Positions 38,257-53,000 of a stretch of 64,000 nt of DNA are shown here, piece after piece; position 1 is the first letter of the stretch; each line of letters begins with the position of its first letter. The notes under the pieces are model-generated. The model was not told the origin of the DNA, ran no database searches, and saw nothing but the letters and a program-made list of their open reading frames with translations. The position numbers were made by a program, and so were the translations under genes. Source of the DNA: Octopus vulgaris. Its lineage: Eukaryota. The DNA is taken from NCBI GenBank assembly GCA_951406725.2, contig OX597836.1, forward strand, positions 22,754,001-22,818,000. The letters run 5' to 3'.

Positions 38257-38336
38257 TTGTGAAATTTGATTTAGTATTTCTAAATTGAATTTTTTCCCTG
38301 TAAGTTAGGAATAATATTCCCTCAAATAATAATTAT

Positions 38337-38371
<35 letters not shown>

Positions 38372-38619
38372 ACCAAAAAGGGTACGGGCACCGCTATATA
38401 TATATGTATATGTAAAAAAATACAAACTGGGACAAGAACACAAAACATTTAGAAGACGATACAAAAAACACGGGCGGGACATTCGAAGCCTTCAATCTTC
38501 AGTCAAGAACCGGATCATCCTTGCAATTTCGGCTGAATAATCTTGAGATTGCTCCGACCTGGCCAGCCCCAAAGGAAAATCTAAGCCAAGCGCATTAGAT
38601 TCCTTGGAAGATATATATC

Positions 38620-39721
38620 TCAGGCCATTAAGAATGAAATGTCCGATTTTCTTATGTACCAAGTTTGACAGCCATTTAATGTTTTACCCTGACAATTCTT
38701 TGTCTTACAACATTGAAGAGTTACATCATCATCACTTTTCGAAATGCAATTCATGGTGTCTGATTATATTGTGAGTTTTCTCTTGTAAATCAATTTTTGT
38801 GAACCCATGCATGGATAAAAAAAATTTGTGATGTTTATTAATATGAGTTCAACTTTGCCTTTCATCCTTTCGGGGTCGATAAATTAAATACTAGTTAATC
38901 ACTAGGGTCGATATAATCGACTTAATCCATTTGTCTGCCCTTGTTCGTCCCCTCTATGTTTAGCCCCTTGTGGGTAATAAAGAAACAAATGGGCCAGAAT
39001 CCTGTCTAAGAGGGAGTATATACACCAGAAAAATGGCTCTTTGAGTCTATGTCTCAGGAAGGAGCTTGAAACATCAATGAGGTGTTTGGCGAAGATGTGG
39101 TGAAGAGTACATTGTACATTGATGGTTTGAGAAGTTGCAGTCTGGAGACTTTACTCTTGAAAATTAACTCCGTGGTAAACCTGAGACCAAGGTAGATAAT
39201 GATGAACTGGAAACTGTAGTGGAAGCGGATACACCTCAAATTACATGTGGGTTAGCAGCAAGGTTTGATGTTTCGATTCCAACTGTATTGGACCATCTGA
39301 AACAAATCAGCATGGTAAAGAAGCTGGACAAGTGGGTACCACATGAACTGAACGGGCATCAAAAGATAAATTGTCTTGAAACTTGCTGTTCTTTGCTGTC
39401 ACTGCATAAAAGTGAACAGTTTTTGCATCGTATTGTTATGTGTAATGAAAAATGGATTCTTTTCGACAATCATGTTTTCCAGGCATTAGACGACTTTTTG
39501 CAAGGAAGAAACTACAAAGCTGAAGAAGATGCAAAAACAGCATTTTGTGATTTTGCTCTCCAGAAATCTTTGGTGCCCAACATAAATAACCTATCAAATA
39601 AAATGGCAAAATTGTGTTGATAATTTAGGTGCATCCTTTGATTAACTGCATTGCTTTTTGTTGAAATTAGGTAAAATAAACTTCCAGTTCAAAATTGGAC
39701 ATTTCACTCTAAATGACCTGA
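38620..39721 (+). mobile_element. Mariner element (internally deleted) with TIRs
   Basis: TIRs TCAGGCCATTAAGAATGAAATGTCCGATTTT / AAAATTGGACATTTCACTCTAAATGACCTGA; MDKKK..YEF, KKLDKWVPHEL, RIVMCNEKWILFDN. Confidence 0.9.
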
Positions 39722-39724
39722 TAT

Positions 39725-39776
<52 letters not shown>

Positions 39777-39786
39777 TACACACATA

Positions 39787-40652
39787 TAGGGTGCGGTGAA
39801 TAAACTGTGTAAATTACGCAAAAATGAAAATAACACTGACATCTCATTTTAACAGATATATTTACCAAAATTACATAAAAATATCTTGAAATACTAACAA
39901 GTAAATTCATTCAATAAAATCGCCATTGGATTCAACCATGGCCTCCAAATGACTTTGGAATCTCCTGCAACTCTTCTGGACAGTCTCCTTGTTAAAGTTG
40001 GTGAATGCTGCCATAATCCTTAACTTCAGTTCATCTTTGGTGTTACTAGGAGTTTTCTTGGTCTCTTGCTCAACTGTGCCCCACACATAATAATCACGAG
40101 GTTGCAATCTGGGGAGTTAAGTGACCAGATGTTAGGGGTGATGTGGTCACAAAAATTGTCTGACAGCGATGACTGGGTTCTCCTGCCTGTGTGACATAGT
40201 GCAGAGTCCTTTTTTCCGGACATAGGGTCTTCCAGCAGCCACCCTCTTAACCCAGGGCAGGACCACCTCTTCCAGGCACTTGATGTAGGCCTTCATGTTG
40301 AGTCTGAGGAGGTGTGAGAAGATGGAGGCATAACATCACCATCACTAGTGATCACTACAAATACCATGATGCTGACTGGATGTTTGATTTTTATCACTCT
40401 CGGTACATGTTCTCAGATTGATACCCAAACACTCTACAATGTTCATATTGGAGCTTCTGGCACAAATGGCAAGCAGTACAGCTTGTCATTTCCAAACTTC
40501 TGTCAGAGTGAATTGCATCATGGTGCTGTTTTTCTCACAGATGGTGCCCAGCTGACCCTACTATACTGCATAATCAACAAAATCAAAAACAAACAATGCG
40601 CATGCACGAAATTCAAAATATAAAATGGTGACAATTTACCCATCTTACCCTG
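39787..40652 (-). mobile_element. Degenerate Tc1/mariner-superfamily (DD..D, maT-like) element
   Basis: DSALCHT...NSPDCN/PRDYYVWG; degenerate TA-CAGGGT termini. Confidence 0.8.
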
Positions 40653-42039
40653 TATATATAATATCTAAAGTTTACAGTACGATATATCCGTCATGTCTGA
40701 TCTTACCAATTGGTTTTGCACTAGGGGTCATACCCTTAGCTGTGATGGACTTATAATACTGTACACTTTGGATAATACACCCACAGATACATGAGTGCAT
40801 CTTTTTCCTGACTTATGGTCTTTTTGATGATTTTCATATATATATATATATCATCATCATTTAACATCCACTTTCCATGGTAGTATGGAAGATTTGACAT
40901 ATATATATATATAATTAATTCGTTGTAGAATCCATTTGAATCAAGGTATTATAATTCACCTAAAGAAAACATTTTTTATGTACCTGTATGCTGGAAAATA
41001 TAGTAGTCATACCAGTCAAAGCTTTGCCAATGAGACAGATCATCCACAAAAGACGCAGCTATGGCGAACATAATAAAAATCATAGTTTAAATACTGTTTT
41101 AAATTCAAACCTTTGTAATGGAGACAAAAGGAAGGGTATATCTAGTAGTACATGCCTAATGTATAACCTAATTTTCTTACCTGTAAAAATAAAGGCAAAA
41201 AAGGACAAACAAAAAACAGAGAGTAACAGGGCTCCACCTGTAATCAAATTTGTAGCATCGCTGTTAAGAACTGGATTCATGGTTTAGCTAATATTATCAT
41301 ATTTGGTATATTTGTTAATTTCAAAACAGTAAGCAGTAAAACTACCTATAAGTGGCTGTGTGGTAAGAAACTTACTTCCCAGCCACACGGTTCCAGGTTC
41401 AGCCCCACTGTGTGGAACCTTGGGTAAGAGTCTTCTACTATATAGCCTTAGGCTGACCACAACCTTGTGAGTGGATTTGGTAGACAGAAACTGAAAGAAA
41501 TTCATTGTATGTGTGTGTGTGTTTGACTTTGTGTCTGTGTTTGTCCTCCTCCACCACTTGACAACCAGTGCTGGTATGTTTATGTCCCCATAACTTAGTG
41601 GTTCAGCAAAAGAGACTGATAGAATAAGTACCAGGCTTAAAAAAGAAAAAAAGTACCGGTGTAAATTCATTCTGCTAAAAATTCTTCAAGGTGACTCCCC
41701 AGCATGGCCACAGTCAAATGACTGAAACAAATGAAAGATAAAAAATACCTGTTGATATATAATGCAGCCAATTGCATCTTACAGCCAGTTACATAATGTA
41801 ACATCAATGATTGGTGAAGCAGCATTATCGTCAGCTGTTATAAGAGTATGCCTAAAATTAGAGGTCTCCAAAGTGGTTATCAACTCTTGGGGGTCGATGA
41901 GACTATTGAAGGGGGGCGATAAATGCACAGCTACTTAATTATTATTATTTGTCTTTATTTTCTTGTACATGCCTGGGGTTGATGAGGGGTCAAGGATTCC
42001 ATGAAGGAGTCGATGGTCTAAAAAATTTGGGGATCCCTG

Positions 42040-43390
42040 CCTTAGACAGAAGTAATTATAGAGGTATCAAATTGCTAGAGCAGGTCATGAAAGTTACAGA
42101 GAAAGCTATAGCCCAATTAATTAGGAAGAGAATTAGAGTAGATGAGATACAGTTTGGTTTTGTGCTGGGTAGAAGTGCTACTGATGCTGTCTTTTTAGGC
42201 AGACAACTGTACAAGTATTCAGCTAAGTGTAAAACATTATACTTGGCATTTGTTAACCTGGAGAAAGCCTTCAGTATAGTCCCTTGCTTTGTGATATAGT
42301 GGTCTCTGAGGGTGGTAGGGATATATGAGTAGCTTGTGAAAGCTGTACCAAGCCATGTACAGGGGTATGGTGAAAGTTAGCCATGAGTACGGTGATAAAT
42401 TTTGTGTGCTGGTAGGTGTTCGCCAGGACTCAGTTCTCAATTTCCTCCTATTCATCACAGTTACTCAGGCTATAACAAGAAAATTCAAAACTAGTTGCAC
42501 CTGGGAACAATATATGATGATAATCTTGTTCTCAGAACAGAATTAGAAAAGAAATTCCAGGTGTGGAAGCAAAACCTGGAATGGAAGGGCCTTAAAGTTC
42601 ATTTAGCAAAATCCAAAGTTCTAGTAAGTAGGAAAACAGACAGGATCCTACCAGCTTCAGGTAAATGGCTCTGTTTGATATGTAGGAAAGGTGTATCCAG
42701 TGCAAGTTATGGACACGCAAAAGGTGAAGTAGAACCAGAAAAAGGTTTTTGGAAGATGTACAGGAGCCATAGAGACAAGTGATACATGGGGAAACTGATT
42801 TTCTCAAATGTCCCAGAGGCTCTCTAGAAGAAGTAGATAGTTTCTGTTATGTAGGCAACATATTTAGCAGTGGAAGAGGATGTTCTGAACATGTAGTTGC
42901 TAGAATAAGAAAAAGGTGGAGAACATTCAGAGATCTTTTACCTCTGTTGACAACCAAAGATCTCCGTCTCCAAGTGAAAGGTAAATTGTAGGATGCCTCT
43001 GTATGAATGGCTATGCTCAATGGTAATGAGACAGGCGGCGAGCTGGCAGAAACGTTAGCACACCGGGCGAAATGCTTAGCGGTATTTCGTCTGTCTTTAC
43101 GTTCTGAGTTCAAATTCCGCCGAGGTCGACTTTGCCTTTCATCCTTTCGGGGTCGATAAATTAAGTACCAGTTACGCACTGGGGTCGATATAATCGACTT
43201 AATCCGTTTGTCTGTCCTTGTTTGTCCCTTCTGTGTTTAGCCCCTTGTGGGTAGTAAAGAAATAGGTAATGAGACGTGGGATTGGAATGCAGAGATCATG
43301 CATAGACTGGAGAGAAAGCAATGAGAGAAAGCAAATGTAGTGTGCAAGAGAGAAGGCTGCACTGGTTTGGCCGTCTGATGTGTATGGACG
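42040..43390 (+). mobile_element. RTE-clade LINE reverse transcriptase fragments with nested SINE (43034-43265)
   Basis: NYRGIKLL, QFGFV.GRS.TDAVF, LAFVNLEKAF, VGVRQ.SVL, YDDNLVL, VDSFCYVG. Confidence 0.88.
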
Positions 43391-46291
43391 AGATCATCAT
43401 CATCGTTTAGCGTCCGCTTTCCATGCTAGCATGGGTTGGATGGTTCAACTGGGGTCTGGGAAGCCAGAAGGCTGCACCAGGCCCAGTCTGATCTGGCAAT
43501 GTTTCTATGGCTGGATGCCCTTCCTAACGCCAACCACTCCGTGAGTGTAGTGGGTGCTTTTTACGTGCCACCGGCACAGGTGCCAGACGGGGCTGGCAAA
43601 CGGCCACGATCGGATGGTACTTTTTACGTGCCACCGGCACGGAGGCCAGTTGGGGCATATAATTGCTTAAAATAGATGGAACTTGTGGGAGGGAAACCCA
43701 GGATAGCATGGGACAAAATATTGGAGGCTAATCTCAAGATGCTGAACCTTAAAGAGAAGATAACAGGCATTTTACTTTGCTCAAGAAGACCCATCAATTA
43801 CAGCAAAAATAATATCCTAAAACCACTCGGTCATGTTTGTATATGCCAAGGCTCTATCCTTCTCTCCCCACTCATCAAGCATTCCCACCAATTTTCCTCC
43901 CTCCCGTATCTGTGGTGCTGCTGTACTCACCTGAGAGCAGGATCAGCATATATTACATCCCACCCCCTTTCTAATGGTCACTCTTCCCCCACCACTGAAC
44001 TACTTCCATTCCACATCATTTCGACCAATCACCTCCTTTCTGTGCCTTCAGCCAATGGCCTCTCTCCCTTCTGCAATACTCCATACTAAACACCACCCTT
44101 ATCTGCAATCATTCTCAACACCCTCTAATATCTACCACCATAACCCACCTACAGCAGCCCCTTATGTATCCCTATATCTTCCCTTCTCCACAGCTCTTAC
44201 CCCTTATACATCATTCTACTACTTTCTGATCTATTCTCCTTCTTGAACCATTCCTATAAGTCTCCTCCTTGACCCCTCTGCATACTAGTATTTCCTATCA
44301 TCTGCACCCCCACCCTTGTTCATCACTCACTAAACTAACCTCTACCTCCACCTGTTTACTCCATCCCCCCTCATACTCTTATGAAAGCATCACCTCTCTC
44401 ACTCCTCCCATGACTCTTTATCCATATCCTCTCTTTATGCTCACCTTCTCATACCTGGAGAGTTTGCTTTAGCATCCCATCACCACCTTCCATTTACGCC
44501 CTTCAACCAGAAAGACATCTGTGCTTGTCCCTCTATCATGCTTTAGCCTTTCAACTTCTGACATAAACCCACCCATCTCCACCTACACTCAAATAAATCC
44601 TCTTAGTAGCGGGAGCCTCTCCCCTTTCCTTTTTGTCTTGCCAGTTACGTGGCAACCTCATGAGTGCCCTTCCTAATGCCAACCACTTTGTAAAGTGGTT
44701 GGCATTAGGAAGAGCATCCAGCCATAGAAACCATACCAAAGATGATACTGAAGCTCAATGCAACCTTGCTGCTCACCAGTTCTTGTCAAACTGTCAACCC
44801 ACGTCAGCATGAAAGCAGATGTTAAATGATGATGGTGATGATGATGATTAGAAAGAACATTTTGATTAGATTACTTTAAACCTTTAAAATACACTGCCTT
44901 TGTTCCAATTAATTCTGAAAATAATTTAGTAGAATATCTTTGTTATACTTTAGGCCTCACTGAGGAAATGACCAGCGACCGAGACCTTTGGAAATATGCT
45001 GTACGTGAGAAGACCAGGCAGGACAAGTGAGCCCAGCCCACTTATGCATGCCTTTCCTCCCTTGGACACAAAGACCTGTTGAGGCAAGCGAAGTCGATAT
45101 CAAACCTCATCCGATGACAGGCACCCATGCCAACCCCCTTGCTTGCGAAGACATGTTGGGGCAAGTGAAATCGAAATCGAAATTGAACCAATCCTATGAC
45201 TGGCACCCGGCAGATGCCAGGACCCCTGGACTGGTGGTACGTAAAAAACACTATCCGAATCGTGGCCGATGCCAGCGCCGCCTCGACTGGCTTCAGTGCC
45301 GGTGGCACGTAAATTGCACTAATCCGAGCGTGGCTGTTGCCAGCCTCGCCTGGCACCTGTGCGGGTGGCACGTAAAAAGCACCCACTACACTCACGGAGT
45401 GGTTGGCGTTAGGAAGGGCATCCAGCTGTAGAAACATTGCCAGATAAGACTGGAGCCTGGTGCAGCCTTCTGGCTTCCCAGATCCCCGGTCGAACCGTCC
45501 AACCCATGCTAGCATGGAGAACGGACGTTAAACGATGATAATGATGATGATCTTTGTTATACTTAACCTATTCATTACTGCATTTATTTTGAGATGCTCT
45601 GTGTTTCTTTCAGTTACTTTAAATATAACAAAGAATTTAGTAAAATAACTTTGTTATCATTCAGCTAGTGTTAGGAACATAAATTGTGACTAAGATTCAG
45701 TGGAAGATTTTAATTCAAAACTTATGAAAACAAGACATCTGTACTCATACCAGAGCCAGTTTCAGCCGGGTTGGTCACGAAAAGGTTAAGCTTGAGTTTG
45801 GAACATAAATAAACATGAAGTTTCAGTAGAAAGTTTTAATTTAAATCATTTTACATCCAGAACTTTATACAAAAGAACCAGAGGTGCTCCCTGGAGGGTT
45901 GGTGTCATCCTCCAATTAAACATTCCAACAGAAGAATCTCTTCTCTCATAAATATCTTTCCTGTGTTTAAGTATTTTACAGCTAACTAAATTCTTCCTGA
46001 TCTTCTTTGAAGCAAGCAAAAACAAGAGCAGGCACAGTTACAATAAGTTAATTGCAGTTTTATGTTCAAGGTTGCACCATAGAGACTGGAGACAGGGTAC
46101 ATCAAGTTATGTGCGCACAACTACTAATGGCTTCACCATTAAGGGAAGCAAAAAGAGAATTATGAGTTCATTGCAGAAATTGATCACTAACCTTCATAGA
46201 AATGTGTGCATGCACAGGTATACATATACATACCTTTATATATGTGTAAGTGCATGATACATACGCATATGTATATGAATAATAACGTATT

Positions 46292-46431
<140 letters not shown>

Positions 46432-46572
46432 AGGTGAGGGTTGGCAAGAGGAAGGGCATCCAGCTGTAGAGGAACCCACTGCTTGCCTACCTTGAGTAGC
46501 TGTCTGACCCATGCAAGCATAGAAGAATGGATGTTAATGTGACAATGGTGATGATGATGATATGTTTGCATG

Positions 46573-46621
<49 letters not shown>

Positions 46622-47227
46622 ATATAATGTAATACATTAAGAGGCAAAAAATGAGGAAATAGAAGAAAGGTTGGCAGAGAGAGAGAGAGAGAGAGAGAAA
46701 GAGGAGAGACAAACGTAGAGGCAGCATATGAGCAAAAGAAAAAAGATGACCAAGAAATTCTTCAAATGGAACAGGGATACACATTTTGGAATGCATACCT
46801 GTGTGTGTGTATGTGTGTGGTTTTCAGATGTTTATGTGTGTATGTTTATGAGTAGGTCCATATGTATAGAGTAAATGGCATGCGTTTTGCATGTGCCTTG
46901 TCTGCACATGCTGACATGCTGTTCCCTGCATCTTGAACAATTCCAGTACACAAAGACAACAGAATATTCTACATTTTTTGCAGGTAATCACAGATAGGCT
47001 AGAAATTGCGGCAATCTCTTAAAGTTCTATAGAAAATTGTCTCAAATTTGTTTTATTATAATTATTATGATTGTTATTTGTTTTTCGCTGTCTTCTCTTT
47101 CGCTTGCAAATCACCACAACCACAACCACCACCACCACTACCACCACCACTGCCGGCATCATTATTATTATTACTACTACCACTACTGTCAATGTCACGA
47201 TCAATGCCACCATTGTGACCATTGTGG

Positions 47228-47404
47228 TTATTCGCTTTTACCATTTTTGTTAGGTTTAGTTCCATTTTGAGTAGAGTCAAAGTTCTTTTCCAATGGTGGG
47301 AATGTTGGTGACAAACCTGTTCCATCAAGTTCATTGCTAGAAATATGGTAGGGTGTGTTGTAATCAGTCTTGTACACATCTCTGATTGTATCTTGTGTGT
47401 TCGT
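47228..47404 (-). CDS. PTCHD-like terminal exon
   Basis: ttttctag|TNTQDTIRDVYK...KNGKSE*; phase 0, open to TAA. Confidence 0.7.
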   Translation of the reverse strand, partial: TNTQDTIRDVYKTDYNTPYHISSNELDGTGLSPTFPPLEKNFDSTQNGTKPNKNGKSE

Positions 47405-47436
47405 CTAGAAAAAAAGAAACAAACAAACAATAATAA

Positions 47437-47472
<36 letters not shown>

Positions 47473-50035
47473 TAAAAAAATTTTTTTTTTTTATTTATAT
47501 ATTTATTTATTTTTTTATGTATTAGACATTCACTAGTACAACACCAAAAAAACCCCCCCAAATATATGGCACAGAACTTTCAACCTGTTGTCTCTTGAGG
47601 TCTCTGGGTGAGACTTGGAGCCAACTTGTACAGACATAAAGCAAAAGTCAAACATAGAATAATAATAATAATGAAATAATTGTATACAGTGCTCAGGTGC
47701 ACCACAACTTGTCAAAAGTGCGTATAAAGCATATGCAGTAATGTACAAATGTCTGGAAAGTGAACAGTGTACGAGTCAGATACATGCTTGCGTGTGTATG
47801 GAGGGGAGAAAATCAGATGTAGTGTTGGCGAATCTCAGGAAGTATGGAAGTTTTGAAGGATGCAGTGATCCGACAACTAACAACTGATGCCGGCAGTTTG
47901 TTCCTTACTTCAGCAACTCTTCGCGTGAAAAGATGAGTGCCAATGTGAGCATTTAAATTATATGATTGCTTGACATGCTAGAAATATCAACCAAACTTCA
48001 TTCAACTCAGTCAAAAATGATAAGAAAGAGAATGCACATATTAGTGGGTAATGTAGACTTAGATATACATGTCCAGAAAAAGAAGAAAAAAAAACAATGT
48101 AAGATGTTGTCTGGCTGCTGGGGTCATGTAATCCCTAAGGAAGCCCCTTTGGCCCTAACCACTGGGCCATTGCGCCTCCACTGTGCCTTCACTAAATATA
48201 TATAAATGTATGTATATATGTCCTAACAATTGCCATCATCTATATTATTGGTTTCTTTCAGTTTCTATTGTTTACCAAACCCACTCATGAAGCTTTGATT
48301 GATTTTAGATTATAGTAGAAGATACTTGCCCAAGGTGTCACGCAGTGGATCCAAACCCCAAACCCCAAACCATGAGGTTGGAAGAAAATTACAGTTAAAG
48401 TATGAGGAAAAAAAAAACGAAGTAAAACAAACAAAAAAAAATACATAAAGAAAGGGTTTACCTCGTTGTGAAGGTCCAGTCCCACATTATTGATCCCAGA
48501 TTTTCTGCTAGAAAAAACTGACTTGATTTTACTGAATTTCCGCACTTTCACATTTTTCGCTGAGGGGTAGGACGGAGGAGCAAAGATACTTAATAACACC
48601 GGTAGAAATACGATGCCATGAAAGAGACCGAACATGACAACAAGCAGGAATATCTAAAGTAGAAAAACACAAAAGAGGAATCAAGAGTGAGTGTATAAAT
48701 GAGCATGAAAGAGTGTGTATGTGAATGTGTGTTACATGTATTTGCATGCTTATGTGTTTGTGCGAGTCTGTTTCAGTTTACTCTATGTATGCATGTGCTG
48801 TATAAGAGTGTGTCAAGACAGAAAAGTATAAAGTAAAAGAAATAAAAAAGAAGAGAGGGTGCAAGAGTGACTGTGTGGTAAGTAGCTTGCTTACCAACCA
48901 CATGGTTCTGGGTTCAGTCCCACTGCCTGGCACTTTGGGCAAGTGTCTTCTACTATATATAGCCTTGGCGAGCTGGCAGAAATGTTAGCAGGCCGGGCGA
49001 AATGCGTAGCTGTATTTTGTCTGCCGTTACGTTCTGAGTTCAAATTCCGCCGAGGTCGACTTTGCCTTTCATCCTTTTGGGATCGATAAATTAAGTACCA
49101 GTTACGCACTGGAGTCGATGTAATCGACTTAATCCGTTTGTCATACAGAAATATATGTAGGTCAGACGGGAAACGCACTATTAGAACGCTCATGTGTACA
49201 CCAGCAACAGATTAGAGATCCAGAGGTCCGTCAGATACCTTTGAGTAACCACCTAGCAACATGTGGCCGGAAAATGTATATAGTATTTCCGTTCTACAAA
49301 TTACACAGCCCAAGTGAAATCGAGAGGAGAATCAGAGAAAATAATTTTATTGATAAATTCGAACCCAAGCTAAATAAGCAATAATAATAATACTTAGAGG
49401 TATTACTTCCACTGCTATGACCATGACCACTAACAACAACAACAATACTAAAGGTGATCAAGATGAAGATAGCAGGAAAATTATCTTATTTAGGGTTAAA
49501 AGTTCTATTGCCACCACCATCACCACTAGCAACAATAATTAAGGTGCTGACAATGATGATGATGACAATTGAAATATAAAAATATAAAAATCTCTGACAA
49601 AGGATATTTACAACATTTCTAAAAATAACCCAACAATTGCTGCTTCGGCCAGGGTCAAGATACAGGACTCTTGACATGTCCAACAAAGCGTGATGCCTAA
49701 ACCAATCAGCTTAAGTAATTGAGTGATACTACACACTGATTGGTCAGAATACAGTTTGCAAAACCTAGCACTCTGGAGCCTACCCAGCTGTATTTATAGC
49801 ACAGAATCAATCATCTTGCTACAGTCAAAAATTGTGAAGCATGACTGTCAACACTACTACATGAACCCGAAGATTGCAGAATTCAATGCATGAAAGTACT
49901 AGTTCAATCAGAATGAACATTTAACATTCTACTATTTCATTTTATTTTATTCAATTATAATATATTATCTTATAATATATCATTATAAGATTGTAAATAA
50001 AACGTGAAAATCAGACAAGGTTGGAATTCCTTTTA

Positions 50036-50091
<56 letters not shown>

Positions 50092-53000
50092 ACTCTCTTG
50101 CTCTCTCCACCTTACAGAACAAGTTACCTTAAAAAACGTCCGGAAGGGGTAAGTAGAACCCATAGACAGGGGCATCACAGCAATGAAGGTGCTAAAACCA
50201 CCATGGAATACAGGGGGGCCTATTTCTTTCATGGTTATAATCATTCGATCTGTAATAAATCAAGAATAATGTTATCTGCTGCTGTTGCAAGTGATGATGA
50301 TGTTACTGGTGGTGGAAATAGAAAATGAATGAAAAACACTTATAATAGAAGCAGTGGTAGTTGTGATGGGGATAGTGATGCTGATGGCAGTTCAATTGAA
50401 GGTAGTAGCATTATTAGTAGTGGCAGTAGCATTATTATTATCATCATTATTATTATTATCATTATTGAGGTGTGAGCTGGCAGAATTGTTACCTCGCTGA
50501 GCAAAATGCTTAGCAGTATTTCACCTGTTGCTATGTCCTGAGTTCAAATTCCGCCAAGGTGGACTTTGCCTTTCATCCTTTCAAAGTTGATAAATTAAGT
50601 ACCAGTAAAACACTAGGGTCAATGTAATCAACTAGACCCTTCCCCCCAAGATTTCAGGCCTTGTGCCTTTAGTAGGAAGGATTGGAGAAATGCTTAGCAG
50701 CATTTCTTCCGACTCTCCGTTCTGAGTTCAAATGCCACAAGAGTCAACTTTTCTTTTCATCCCTTTTGTGTGTGTGTGTGTGGGTGGGGGGGGGGGTCAA
50801 TAAAATAAGTACTAGTTATGTACTGATGTCAGTGTAGTCAACTTACCCCATCCCTTGAAATTTCTGGTTTTGTGCCAAATTTGAAATCATTATTATGATT
50901 ATTATTATTATGATGATGATGATGATGGCAAGGTGGCAGAATTGTTAGCATGCTGAGCAAAATGCTTTGCAGAATCTCATCCATCTTTACATTGAGTTCA
51001 AATTCCACCGAGGTTGATTTTGCCTTTCATCCTTTAAAATAAGGACCAGTTCAGCACTGGAGTCAATTTAATCGACTTAAACTCCTTTCCCCAAATTGAT
51101 GGCCTTGTGCCAAAATTTGAAACAATTAACATTATCATTATTATTATTATGCTGGTGGTGAGCTAGCAGAATATTAGCATGATGGGCAAAATGCTTAGTA
51201 GCATTTTATTTGTCTTTACATTCTGAGTTCAAATTCTACCAAAGCCGACTTTGCCTTTCGCCCTTTCGGGGTTGATGAAATAAGGACCAGTGAGCACTGA
51301 AATCCATGTAATCGACTTAACCCCTCTCCTGAAACTGCTAGCCTTGCACTGCCGCCGATCATGAAGATGGACAAAATACCTATTTCTATTTCTTTATTAC
51401 CCACAAGGGGCTAAACACAGAGGAGACAAACAAGGACAGACATAGGTATTAAGTCGATTACATCGACCCCAGTGCATAACTGGTACTTAATTTATTGACC
51501 CCGAAAGGATGAAAGGCAAAGTCGACCTCGGCGGAATTTGAACTCACAACGTAACGCAGACTAAATACTGCTAAGCATTTCGCCCAGCGTGCTAACGACT
51601 CTGCCAGTTCGCTGCCGTTTAAGATGGACAAAATACCATTAAGCATTTTGCCCAGCATGCTAATGATTCTGCCAGCTTGCCACCTTTGTTGTTATACTAC
51701 TACTAATGATAATAATTAGTTGGGTGGTGTGGTTATCGGGATTGAAAAAGAGGCACTAAAAATGAAGATGACTAACCATTATTTTTTCCCTTCATTGTCA
51801 TGTAAGTAAAACCAATATGGACAGAATAGTCAACCACCAGACCAACAGAAATGGTTACAATGACACAGGATGTTGTGTCAATGTAGAGACCCCATAAGTT
51901 CAGTGATCCACTAATGTCCACCTGAAATAGAAGAGAAATAACATTACACATATTACATATTTAAGTGTGTGTATGTATCTATCTATATAGTTGTGTGTGA
52001 TTATCTGCTAAACTGGATGCAACTTACCAAAGTGAAAATAACACCAGTGACCACCAATAATGATGTCTTCCAGTTCATTATCATCATGAACGTGATGACA
52101 AACACTGATAGAAATGCCAAAGACAAGTTCCTTTTGATTTCCCATTCCAGTACCTAGAAAGAACCTCAAAAAATGAAACCAGACTTGAATAAATGGACAA
52201 CAAGAACTGCAGGAGAAGATACAATACGTTGTTCAGGAAAAATTTGTTTGTTTTTATGTCTATTTTTTTTTTTCCATGAGTTAGATTAATGTATCATCAA
52301 GGCATCTTTTTAAAAACCTGGATGCCCATCCTGCCATTAACATTTACCCATTTTTCAAATAAGGGATCTCTTATTCCACACACCCTTGAAACGGCAGAGC
52401 CAGCAAGCAATAACATCGTCATTTTTTCCCCATCAGCAAATCCACCCTTGCTGGCTCTGCTGTTTCAAGGGTGGATTTGCTGATGGGGAAAAATGATGAT
52501 GTTATTGCTTGTAGCTTAGAGATTTTTCAGAAAAGCACAAATGTAGACAAACACATACAATGGGCTTCTTTCAGTTTCCACCTACCAAATCCTTTCACAA
52601 GGCTGGTCAGCTTGGAGCTATAATACAAGGCACTTAACCATGGTGCAATGCAGTGGGATTAAACCCAAAACCACATGGTTGGAAAGCAAAACCTCATAAC
52701 TATACAATCATATCCGTTCCTATATTTATTTGCGTTAAAACATGAAACTCTAGTAGATAACACTTCTCCAAGTGCTGTGCAGTAGGATTGAACCTAAAAC
52801 CACATGCTTGCAATACAAACATTTTCATCATACAGTCATGCTCATACCTATATTTATGTTTTAAAAACACAGTGGTGAGGTGAAATTTGAAGGGAAGTTT
52901 TTTTCATTTGGGTTATCAAAAATCCACTTACCGAATTAATTCGCCACTCAAGATAGTGTTTAGAAAAAACTAAGCAATTTGTCTGATTGAAGTATTTTGC

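Noticed and set aside
38480-38560. Further permuted hammerhead-like motifs (here on the minus strand, and at 33430-33490)
   Set aside because: GAAA and CUGAAGA words are present, but I could not build convincing stems I-III.
41040-41060. Selenoprotein-like CVFCG-UGA
   Set aside because: Another stop follows within 8 codons, no SECIS is recognisable and there is no family similarity.
47019-47270. Poly-His/Thr/Val ORFs
   Set aside because: Trinucleotide repeats in the presumptive 3' UTR of the PTCHD-like gene.
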